Shown piece after piece: positions 14,100 through 26,500 of a stretch of DNA of 64,000 bases (positions within the stretch are counted from its first letter, which is position 1; each line of letters starts with the position of its first letter). Both the position numbers and the translations under genes were made by a program. The stretch lies in assembly GCF_963921235.1 (NCBI RefSeq), contig NC_086097.1, forward strand, positions 149,112,001 to 149,176,000. Reading direction: 5' to 3'. The stretch comes from Mobula hypostoma (taxonomy: Eukaryota). The notes under the pieces are model-generated. The model was not told the DNA's origin. It saw only the letters and a list, made by a program, of their open reading frames with translations, and did no database searches.

Positions 14100-14370
14100 A
14101 CATTTGCAACCTGGATAACTTTACTCACCCCAACACTGAACTGAACTGATTCCACACTCCTACTCATGTTCTCAGTATTATTTATTTATTGTATTTGCAC
14201 CCTTTGTCTTTTGCACATTGATTGTCAATCTTTCTTTGTGTCTAGTTTTTCACTGATTCTGTTGTGTTTCTTTTTCTACTGTGAATGCCTGCAAGGAAAT
14301 GAATCTCAGGGTAGTATATGGTGACATACTGTATGTACTTTGGTAATGAAATAACTTCGAACTTTGAACT
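14100..14370 (+). mobile_element. Rex1/Babar-type 3' UTR fragment
   Basis: gaatctcagggtagtatatggtgacat...ctttgaactttg tail shared with 45720-46440. Confidence 0.65.
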
Positions 14371-14428
14371 TTTTGCTTTTAAATTTTATAAAAGGCATTA
14401 TGATGTTAATGAATTTCTTTATCTTCAG

Positions 14429-14522
14429 CATTCAATGAAGATGACACCAATATGTGGATAACTGGTTTGAACTGGCTGGTGCAGGACACTCAGAAGTCCC
14501 CCACACCTCTCCAGGTAGAAAG
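14429..14522 (+). CDS. PLCG1: PLC-gamma exon (~exon 3, end of nPH domain), 94 bp
   Basis: ttcag|CATTC...GAAAG|gtaatg; encodes [32 protein letters not shown]. Confidence 0.93.
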
Positions 14523-17500
14523 GTAATGTATGATTTTCCTGTTTTTACCTCCAAGGTTTCCAACATTGCTGCAAATTTCAAACTGATAGGTTGAAATCTG
14601 TCCAAAAGGTGTTGTAATCCTCAGTACCTTTTGCTACATCTGTTGCTGCAATGTGACATACTGATGTAAAAAACCATGAAGTCAACAAACTCTTGACTTC
14701 TGAGCCCCTACTTGAGCTTTCTTCCCTCTTCGATTCCCCCTGACCCCATTCTGCATTTTCACCATCTCCACCACCATCCTTCCAGCTGCACCCCCACAAT
14801 TTCAAGTGATCAATCCTCAGCAGATGCCTAAGCTTCATACCCTTGTGTCCACATGTTATTGAATTCTGGGCCTAACATGGTGTCTAAGTTTTCTTCTACC
14901 ACTTTGGTCACCGCACTCATATCTGTGGAAAGGAGTTTTCATCTCAGACTGATGGCTCTGTCTTCCGACTTCTGTCTCCTGATCCACCTGCATCCTACTG
15001 TTGCCATGCACCCTTGCTCTTTTCTTTTTTTTACTCTCTCTTCATTGTAATTTAGTAACCTGACATTGGCTATCTTGACTTCTCTACTCCAACCTACTCC
15101 TTTTGAACATACAGTACTTCCTGTAGATCAAGGCAGTGCTGATAGAGGCTGGCCAGCCCAACACAATCTTGCAGCGGCCAACCTTAAGCTCTCAGACACA
15201 TTCTTGTACCTCCCTGTGACCCATTATCCCACTAGACAACGTATCCCAGGCTCTCACAGATCTTATTTCATCAGGACATCTTACGTCCTCAGCTTCCAAT
15301 CTGGTAGTGCCTCAATCCCACACTGCCACTTCTGCCCTCCTCGCAAAGGTCCACAGACAAAATTATCTCCGTACACCTATTGTTTCAGCCTGATCTTGTT
15401 GTACCAAACTTACAATAGTTCTTCCTTAACTTGATTGCCCCCAGTGTGGTCCCTTGCCGTTTATATCCATGATGCCTCTGATCCTCTTCGCCATTCGTCA
15501 TTTCTAACTGGCTCATCTTCATCATGGATGTTCAATGCCTTTACACCTCCACCCACATCAGTAGGGTGTGAGAGCAATCTGTTCCTTCCTCAAACAGAGG
15601 GAGTTCCTTCTTACTCACCTGATTAGCATTCAACAGCTTCTCCTTCAATTTCTCTCACTAAATTCAAATTAAATATGGGAACCCTCACAGCCTTGGCTGC
15701 TCCCTGTCTTTTATTGGATACATGGTATTGTCCACGTGCTAGGCTCATTTGGGACTACTCCCCAGACTCTTCTTCCCATACATTGACAACATCAGAGCAA
15801 TATCCTGCACCCACTGAAAAACTCTTTCACTGCTTCTGCCATTTTCTTCCCTGACACTTCCCTGGTCCATCTCCGACTCTGCCCTTGACAGATCTCTCTG
15901 TCTCTGTCTCAGGAGTTAGACTAGATATTATCATCCAAGTCTAGACTCCCACAGCTAATTGTATTTCTTACCATTCTGCCTCCTGTAAGGACACTGTTCC
16001 TTTTTCCCACTTTCTTTTTCTCTGACACATTTGTTCCAATGATGAAGCCTCCCACTATGGGCCTGTGAAATATTCTTCTTCTTCCTAAAATGCGACTTGC
16101 TCTCTGCTATTGTAAATGGAGGTCCAAACCACATTTCCTCTATTTCTTGCACATCTGCTCTTAACTGTCTCTCCCCCAGGATAGAACAAGGATATAATTC
16201 CTCACATACTCATTTTCCACTCCACCAGCCTTCGCATCCTTCGTGGTTTACGCCAGATGTAGCATAATCCCACCATCAGTCACATCCTCGCCTCTCTATA
16301 CCTTTCTAACTTGCACTGGGACCACTCACTTGGTGATTCCCTGGTCCTTCTTGTATCCCCACCCACCATTCCCCCTCCCACAGCATCATTCTATGCATTG
16401 GAGGGAGATGCAACACCTGCTGTTTCACTGCCTCCCTCCTCACTATCTAGGGACCCAAATAATCATTCCAGATGAACCAGTGATTCACCTACATGTTTTA
16501 CAATTGAGATTTTCCAGTCTAGTTCACTGCATTCAGTGCTCTCAATGTAGCCTCCTCTGCATTGGGGAAACCAAAGATCAGGTGACCACTTTGCAGCGTG
16601 ACCCTAAACTTCCATTTCCCTGCCATTTTAATTCGCCATCAAACTCTCAGTGTAGTCACTTGTTATAATGCAGTCCAATATAAGCTCAAGGTTTAACATC
16701 TCACCTCTGTCTCAGCATTTTGCAGATTGCAGTACTCAATGATGAATTCTCCAATTTCAGATAACTTGCTTGACCATCTCTTCAATGCATCATTTTACCT
16801 TGTCACTGATGGTCTCTTTGTTCCACCCATCACCCTCCTGTAACTTAGTCCAGCCTGCCTTCTTTCTTCCTCTGTTTTGAAGAAGTGTCTTCGACCTGAA
16901 GCATTAACTGTTTCTCTATCCATAGATGCTGCTTGACTGAGTTATAGCAGCATTTTTGTTTTTGTTTCAATCTGATGGGACCTTTTGGAGACAAAACACT
17001 CTCAGTGTAGATGTCATGTACCAGTTGAGGGATGGCCACCCCCCCACTCTCAAAATAGGGAAGACAGGGAATGTTGTTAGAGTGAAATCTGGAAGAAATT
17101 GGGCAGCACAGTAGTGAGGTTACTAGAGCTGCTGCTTGACAATGCCAAAGACCAGGATTCAACCCTGACATTGGGTGCTGCTTGTGTGGAATTTTCTCAT
17201 TCTCCTTCTGACCGTGTAAAGTTTGGAATCCTCTTTGGGATGTCGGGGGAAAATCTCCTTACACAGGAGATTTCCTCCCACATCCTAAAGAGGAGTAGGT
17301 GGACAGGTTAATTGGCCACAGTAGAATTGTCTGGACTGTTAGGCCAATGGTACATCTTGTGGGGAGTGGTTGGAACATGGGGAGAACAGAATTGTGATTT
17401 ATATAGGATTAGTATACAGTAAATGAGTGGTTGATGATTAGTGCATATTCAGCACAGAAACAGTCTAAAATACCTGCCTTTTTTTGGTCCATATCCCTCT

Positions 17501-20500
17501 GAGTCTTTCTTACACCTGCCCAAATCTTATTTTAAATGTTACAACTGTAGCTGCCTCTACCACCTGGTCTGGCAACTTATTCCATATACTCAGCACTGTA
17601 AGTGGGGAATAAAACTTGCCCCTTAAATCTTCCTCCTCTCACATCAAACCTATTCCCTCTAGTTTTGGATTCCCCTATCCAGGGAGGAAGACTGTGGCTA
17701 TCTACCAGACTGTTGCTCTTCATAATCTTACAGATCTCTGTACAGTCACCTTTCAGGCTGCTTTGATCCAGTGAAAATAAGTTGCAGTCTATCTGGTCTC
17801 CCAGTTATAATTCAAGCTGTCCATTCTAGGTGACATCATGGTGAATTTTCTCTGCACCCTCTTCCTATCCTTCCTGTAGTGTAGTGACCAGGACTGCACA
17901 CAGTTTGTTGTCCATCTCTATGAGTGCACGCTCTATTTAACCGTGAGTTTGGCAACCCACTGATTGTTGGAAGCTCTACCTCAAAAATTACTGAAATCTG
18001 ATCAGAGCTTGTCAACCACCAAGGAGGGTATTTGGAGAGGCATATGATCAGACCTGAATGTACATAACCATTAATTAATTTGTTTTGGTGGCTTTAGCTA
18101 GATAAACAAAAAGACAACATTACTCTATACCTGTTCCTCTGAGAGTGAATATAGAACAGCACAGGAACAGGCCCTTTGGATCACACTATCTCTGCCAACC
18201 ATGATGCCAGTTTAAATTAAATCCATCTTCCTGCACATAGCCTACAACCCTCCGTCCCCTGCCCAATCATATACTTATCTAACTGCCTCTTAAACATTGC
18301 TGTCACTGGTCTGCGTTCTGTTTGCAGGTGGCTCAGGAAGCAGTTCAACATGATGGACAGAAACAAAGAAAACAGGTGAGTGTCCTTGACTGGCCATCAC
18401 TTCACAAGGTTTTATAGAAGTGCAGTGGATTTTCAGGATTCTTTCCTTTCCTTTCCTGCTGTCCCTCATCGTCTCTATTCCCATCCATCTGTGTCATTTT
18501 GATATAGCGCATAATGTTCTGTAACTTCCCATGCTCCCCCATCCCTACATCCTGCCAAAGTTGCCAACTCCACAGGGAATTTGGTTCCACAGGAGCCGGC
18601 TGATCCTCTATAATCACTCATTCTGTGTTTGTGAACTCAGGGTGATTGTTTTTTGATGAAAAGGGACTAACAAGTTTACTAACATTGAGATATGTCATGA
18701 TATTTGTTGTTTTGTGGCTACGGTATAGTGTGAGACATAAAACTACTGTAAGTTACAATAAATACATAAACAAATAGTGCAGAAGAGCAATAGTGAAGTG
18801 GAGGTTAGGGGTTCATGGACCGTTTGGAAATCTGATAGTGAAGGGGAAGAAACTGTGCTTAAAACTTTGAGTGTGGGTCTTCAGGCCCCTGAACCTCCTT
18901 CCTGATGATAATAATGAGAACATAGAACATCGAACATAGGAATCTACAGTGCGTTACAGGCCCTTTGGCCCACAATGTTGTGCCGACCATGTAACCTGCT
19001 CTAGAGAATTTCCCCGCTGCATAGCCCTCTGTTTTTCTAAGCTCCATGTACCTATCTAAGAGTCTCTTAAAAGGTCCTGTTGCATCCATCTCTACCACCA
19101 TCACTGGCGGTGCATTCCACACACCCACCACTCTCTGTGTGAAAAACTTAACTCTGACATCCCCCTTGAGCTGACTTCCAAGCACCTTAAAACAATGCCC
19201 CATCATTTTAGCCATTTCAGCCCTGGGAGGAAGCCTCTGGCTATCCACACGATCAATGCCCCTCATCGTCTTACATACCTCTATCAGGTTACCTTGCATC
19301 CTCCGTCGCGCCAAGGAAAAAAAGGCCAAGTTCACTCAACCTATTCTCATAAGGCATGCACTTCAATCCAGGCAACATCCTTGTAAATCTCCTCTGCACT
19401 CCCTCTATAGTATCCACATAGAGAAGGCCTGTCCCGGATAGGAAGGGTCCTTAATGCTGGATGCTGCCTTCTCGAGGCACCACCTGATAGCAGAGGGGAA
19501 GAACTTGTTCCTAAGTTATTGAGTGTCATCACTGTCTGGTATGTACCTCCTTCCCCATGGTGGGAATGAGAAGAAGGCATTTCCCAGATAGTAACAACCC
19601 CTAATGCTGGAGGCCACCCTCTCAAGGTACCGGCTTTTGAAGGAGATGAAGAGGGCTGTGCCTGTGACGGATTTGGCAGAGTCAGCAATCCTCTGCAGCT
19701 TCTTTCAATCTTGCGCATTGGAGCTCTGATAAGAGACGGTGATGCACCCTGTCAGAATGCTCCCCACTATACAGTCAACACAGGTAATTGGAGCTTTTTT
19801 CCAATCAAGTAGCCTGATGGGAGATTAATAACTTGTTATCCTTTCCTTATATGTCAGGGTGAAAAGATGGGTCTGAATTCTCCATTTTCCTCTACCAGTT
19901 TCTGTGAAACATGCTAAAGAGGTTTGGGAGGATGCAATGGAGCTGAGGCTCAAGTGATATCATAGGCATCATCTTTAAATGTAGATCAGTGGATCATGAT
20001 CGGGATTCCCTATCATGGTTGACTCCACACTGACACAGGCATGCTGGGGCTAATTGTAATGTGCCCCACCACCCCGTCGATCAGCTAACGTGGCGTTGAA
20101 CTGGTACCTGCTGATCTCCAGGGTTAGTATCCTGGGTCAAAATTTGTGTACTGCCTAAGTGATCAGGAATATTTTTGTAAGTAACTTTTCAATATAAATA
20201 ATGCTGTAGTTCTTTCCTTTACCTGTGTGGCAAGGACATTTGTCTCCATTTGGCATCTTTACACTGTTGTATAAATTAAATTGGGATAATTCAGTTTTTT
20301 CCATTGCAAGAAGTGAGCGGTGGTTTTTAATCACTTACATGCAGCATTTCTGCCAATGCCATAAATGCTCTGAGGGAAACGGATATCTCCTTTTAATGTT
20401 TCACCAGATGTCAAAATCAATACAGGCTGGAGACATTGTCCTCCTGTAGATGGAGAGGACTGGAGCCTTGGGTGTAGGTTTACACCTGAATACTGGGATG

Positions 20501-23500
20501 ATTTAGGATGTTGCTATCTCAGCTGACTGACAAAGTAGAGGCTGTGGTTCAATCCCACTGTCCTCGATCAGGAAGGAGTCTCAGAAATGGTGTCTGGTTA
20601 CCCGCCTCAGTCTTCTGAAGGGCCTTAATGGAGCTTTCAGTAGCATCGAAGGTCAGAGTAGGAATTCTAGTAGACCCCCTGAGACTTCTCAGTGTTGAAT
20701 ATACGCTCTAAACACCGTTAGTTATGAAGTAGCTTCCTATCAGTGAGCTGTACGTGTCAGCAGAAATTTCAGCTTGTTCCATGCTGCAGTGGTAACTGAG
20801 ATAATTAGCTCAGCCTGTAGTTATTTCTTCTAATGAGATATGGTAAATCAGGATGTTATCCTCTGATCGCTGGCCCAGATTTATGGTTGTTGTAAAGCTG
20901 GGGAATGAAACAGTGTTAGCTGTAAGTTTCGTTGTGAAACTAACTGAAACTACCTGTGCCTAGTTTAATGTGGAAATTCCACAGTTACTCTCATATGAGC
21001 GCTTCACTGCAGGCAGGGCATTTTGCAGCCTCCTCAAGGGAAACCACCATCAACCTCATGTGAATTTTTGGCATTTACACAATTGTTCTGCTTTTAAGTA
21101 GTCTGAACATCTTACTTAAGGGTCCAAAAGAGTCTGTCATGGCATAATGGTTCATTATCACAGCTATGCAAACAGTCTTAAGAAGCCAATCGTGTGAGTG
21201 TGTGCAATGTTTTACTCAAATGAATATTTCAAAATCTAAGGGGTTTAAAACATATCTTCAAAATGGTTATAGTATTTCAGCTTCTATTTTTAATCAACTA
21301 CATCCCAATTATTAACACTGTATAACTTTTAAAAAGGCTGTTAAGTACTGTGTGGTTTGCTTCCTCGTTTGTATCTGATAAATCTTTAATGTGATTGGCT
21401 ACTCAATCAGCTTGATGACATCATAGTTGCTGAGCTAGTTGCTGGCAGCAGCAGAGTTTTCAAAAAGGAGAACAGCTTGCCACAGGGATTGCTAGATTCA
21501 ATTTAGTAGTATCTCCGTGTCCTAAGTTGTAGCCTTTCAAGATAGTTTCTTTTTGTAAATTGCACCATCTCCTAAAGGTTCCCACCTTTTTTCATTAGAC
21601 TCCTATGATAATTCTTTGACTTTATTACTCTACCATGCAAAAGCTTCTTTGCAGCATTACACCTGATTGCCAGGAAAAGAGTGATCAATTAACAGCCTCT
21701 CCGTTACTGAAGAAAAATGCTGCATTTTCTAAATTAATAATTTATGAAAATGTAAAATTAATAAAGTATGCTCAGCTTTCAACGATGACATTTAGGATAC
21801 CATGGAAAATTTTGCCTTGCCTCAGTAAATTGTAGAAGGATTCTGAAGCTGCTTTTTCGTTGGTTTTGTAGAGTATTTGTGGATCTTTATACAGTATATG
21901 TCTATCACACATAGCATCCTGCTGCAGGCATCATGCTCAGGATGCCATGCTGCTTAACTTACACCTGACCATCACACTCTAGCCACCATACACTAGACTT
22001 CACACTTCACTGCAGAACCAGAAATAATCAGAAGAAACTGAGACTCAGTCTGTCTTCTTAGGCAATGGAGCCATGACACTCCTTGAGGTCTCACTGATGT
22101 CCTGTGTATATTTTCTCCTCCTCAACCAACACTAAGAAACAGATTAATTATCTATCAATCCTATTTGACTTTCCTATTTACCAACCTTTCTGTTTGCTTG
22201 ACTGAGTCTTTCTTTACTTATGTATTTATTTTGCTACTTTTTTTTCTATCAATCTGTCAATCTATTTAAATTTGTTTTCCGTTCTTCCTTATATTTCATA
22301 TATATTATGTTTTTATTCCTATATCTGGCTTCAATTTCTGCTACCAGTAGTGTTTAATCTGTCAGGAGATGATGCCCTTGCAATATTAAAGTCATACAGA
22401 CTGTAGCAACCAACTGGGGACTTGGTCAAAAATGCAATGTATGGTGTTGTGTCATTTAATGAGGAATGATTAAAGCAATAAAGTTCCAGTTCTGTAATAT
22501 ATTAAATTCTTAGGATTTCCCAAAGCATTTCTCCATCAATAAATTGCATTAGGAAATGCAGATGTGTTGTTATGTAGGGTAAAATGGGAGCCAACTTTTG
22601 CAATGCTGTCAAACATAACCAACAGTACAGCAAATATGCTGGAGCTGGTTAAGGAGAAAGCTATTTCAGTTGTCTGGAATATTAACATAGTTTTAAAATA
22701 AATATTTTTAAAATTTGTGTTTGCAATGTGCGTTATCACTGGATGTGCCAGCATTTATTGCGCTTTATTGATTTCCCTTAACAAGATGAATAATACCTGT
22801 CAGCCTTCATAACCCACTTCAGGATGCAGTTACGATCTTCTGGTTGTTACTAAATTAATTCAATTTAGATTCCTCAGTTGCCATTGTGAGAATTGCACTT
22901 ATGCCTCTGGATATCCGGTATTTTGATTCTTTAATTACACAACCTAACTACAATGCTACCATACATTACTGCATCAAAGGGTCCGTCCAAATTACATGAT
23001 CAAGTCTTAAATTAAAGTTCAAAGTAAATTTATTATGAAAGCACATACAGTATATATCACCATATACAACCCTGAGATTTGTATTCTTGTGGGCATATTC
23101 AATGAATGTTAGAGAGTCTTTGAATGGGATTGGAGAATGCAGTCTTGCTATTGGACAATTGAGATAGGAAAATGCTGGGAATATAGTCATGGGTATCTGT
23201 AGAGAAAGAAGCTGCCTCAGGTCCACGATTATCAGACCTGACATTTCCAGTTCTGATGAAGATAAATACGTTGAAGATAAGACTGTAAGATAAGTTCTTT
23301 ACAAGCCTTGGATCAATCCCTCACCACACAAAATGGGAGTAACACCACTCATCCCTCTGAACTCACGTTGACCTCAACCCCTGTTGAGGCCCAGGGGCTA
23401 TTTCCCTATTCTCAGTCCTGAACCCCTAAGATTCAATCACACTGTTGAGACTCTGTTGTCCACAAGCCCTGCCAGTTACCTGATCACTACTGCCACCCAA

Positions 23501-26500
23501 CACAATCACCCCACTGCCACTTTTCTGTTCGCCACCCTCTCCCTGGCCTTCCTTTCCTGACCAGTTACCTAAAATATGCAGCAAAGTATCCATGATTCGC
23601 TTACTCAACAGCATACTTTTGCTTTGACCATCTGTTTGAGTAACTGTAAGTTCTTGGCCAGGATAACTGGATCTTGGTCAAATAGTAGAGCGGCAGGGAG
23701 ATGGAAAGTACGATAACAGTTTGGAAAAGAAGTGTAGAGATGCGATTGTGGCCGTATATCATCACAACACATCAAGACAGGTTCCCACTCTAGCCCAACA
23801 AAGATCTTTGTCTCATGCTATGGAATGGCAAATGAGACCTTTCTAAATGTCTGCGCTGATGTTTGTTCATATATTATCATTGGGATGTACGCAGGGAAAA
23901 GTTTTATTTGAAGACTGCTGAACAGGCAGTTATTCCTGTAGAAAGTGGCCGTAATTGGAAAGAAACCCTTCAACACTGAATCTTGATCTGAAAATATCAT
24001 CAGATTCTCTAGAAATTGGCAATAAAGTGAATAGAGAAGAGAAATGAGAGGATTAATTGGTTTGTATGTGTGGCTGTAAAAAATGAAACATAAAGAATCA
24101 ATTTAACATAGTGTGAAGTGAATACAGAGGCTTATATGCCCACAGCAGATTCCACAGTTTTTCCTTGCCTTGCTGTTTTAAATCCTTCTGTTAAAGATTC
24201 CAATTTATTTCAGTGCTGAAGCACCTAAATGAGAAAATAGGTCAATGTTCTCGATGTCAGAGGCAGCTTAGAGCTGGCTGGTGAGAAAAAAGCAGTGCCA
24301 AGGTTGAAAGGTTGTAGCTCAGTGGGCGTCACTAAGAGGAGGGTCATGAGGGAAGTCCAGACTAATCGCAAAAGTATACAGGGAGACCAGGGAGAAAGAC
24401 AGCCATTTGAAGTTGCTGTGCAGCTTTCAAATTTCTAACCGTTTTCTCAACTGAAGAAAATAGCTCTACTTCAGGCTGATCAACATTCAGTTTTATCTCC
24501 CTACATCTGCTCAAATATATATAAAAGGAATAGCAAGGGTTCCATTCTTTAGCCCTAGGGGAACAGACTGACAATTAACTCTATAGAATCATTAAAGAAT
24601 GGAGACATTTGTCTCCTGAAGTCTATGCTGCTTCCCAATATATAAATGTATTCTGTTCCATTTCTCTACTTTATAACCAAAGCCCTGTAATTTTTTTTTG
24701 TTTTTCAGTCACCTCTCCAATGTACTTTTGAAATCCTTGATTGAATCTGTGTATAGGAATGACTTCTTTATCAGGATCAGAATCAGGTTTATTATCACTG
24801 GCATGTGACATGAAATTTGTTAACTTAGTAGCAGCAGTTCAATGCAATACATAATCTAGCAGAGAGAGAAAAAAAAATAAATTAAATAAAACATAATAAA
24901 TAAACAGATAAATCAATTACATATATTGAATAGATTATTTTAAAAAATGTGCAAAAACAGAAATATTGTATATTAAAAGCTTCAAAGTCCATTTAGGAAT
25001 CGGATGGCAGAGGGGAAGAAGCTGTTCCTGAATTGCTGAGTGTGTGCCTTCAGGCTTCTGTATCTCCTACCTGATGGTAACAGTGAGAAAAGGGCATGCC
25101 CTGGGTGCTGGAAGTCTTTAATAATGGACAGTGCCTTTCTGAGACACCGCTCCCTAAAGATGTCCTGGATACCTTGTAGGCTAGTACCCAAGATGGAGCT
25201 AACTAGATTTACAACCTTCTGCAGCTTCTTTCAGTCCTGTGCAGTAGCCCCTCCATACCAGAAAGTGATGCAGCCTGTCAGAATGCTCTCCATGGTGCAA
25301 CTATAGAAGTTTTTGAGCGTTTTTGTTGACATACCAAATCGCTTCAAATTCCTAATGAAATATAGCCACTGTCTTGCCTTCTTTATGACTACATCAATAT
25401 GCTGGGACCAGGTTAGATCCTCAGTGATCATGACACCCAGGAACTTGAAGCTGCTCACTCTCTCTACTTCTGATCCCTCTATGAGGATTGGTATGTGTTC
25501 CTTCGTCTTACCCTTCCTGAAGTCTACAATCAGCTCTTTTGTCTTACTGACGCTGAGTGCCAGGTTGTTGCTGTGGCATCACTCCACTAATTGGCATATC
25601 TCGCTCCTGTATGCCCTCTCATCACCACCTGAGATTCTACCAACAATGGTTGTAATTGTCAGCAAATTTGTAGATGGTGTTTGAGCTATGCCTAGCCACA
25701 CAGTCATGTGTATACAGGGAGTAGAGCAGTGGACTAAGCATACACCCCTGAGGTGTGCCAGTGTTGATCGTCACCGAAGAGGATATGTTACCACCAATCC
25801 GCACAGACTGTGGTCTTCCAGTTAGGAAGTCGAAGATCCAGATACAGAGGGAGGTACAGAGGCCCAGGTTCTGTAACTTCTCAAATAGGATTGTGGGAAT
25901 GATGGTATTAAATGCTGAGTTATAGTGGATGAACAGCATCCTGACTTAGGTGTTTGTGTTGTCTAGGTGGTCTAAAGCATGTGAAGAGCCATGGAGATTG
26001 CATCTGCTGTTGACCTATCATGAAGATAGGCAAATTGCAATGGGTCCAGGTCCTTGCTGAGGCAGGAGTTCAGTCTAGTCATAACCAACCTCTCAAAGCA
26101 TTTCATCACTGTTGATGTGAGTGTTACTGGGCGATAGTCGTTAAGGCAGCCCACATTATTCTTCTTTGGCACTGGTATAATTGTTGCCTTTTTAAAGCAA
26201 GTGAGAACTTCTGCCCATAGCAGTGAGGGGTTGAAAATGTCCTTGAGTATTCCTGCTAATTGGCTGGCACAGGTTTTCAGAGCCTTACCAGGTACTCCAT
26301 CGGGACCTTCCGCCTTGCAAGGGTTCACTCTCTTTAAAGACAGTCTAACATCGGCCTCTGAGACAGAGATCACAAGGTCATCAGGTGTAGCAGGGACCTT
26401 CACAGCTGTAGATGTGTTCTTCCTTTCAAAGCGTGCATAGAAGGCGTTGAGTTCATCTGGTAGTGAAGCATCGCTGCCATTCATACTATTGGGTTTCGCT

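Noticed and set aside
1..14428. Upstream PLC-gamma exons 1-2
   Set aside because: No IDIREIKEIR or CFVILYG-like coding segment found by eye; presumably upstream of the window.
23818..24574. Two short minus-strand ORFs preceded by acceptor-like sequences (possible nested antisense gene)
   Set aside because: No recognisable homology and no consistent multi-exon frame could be assembled.
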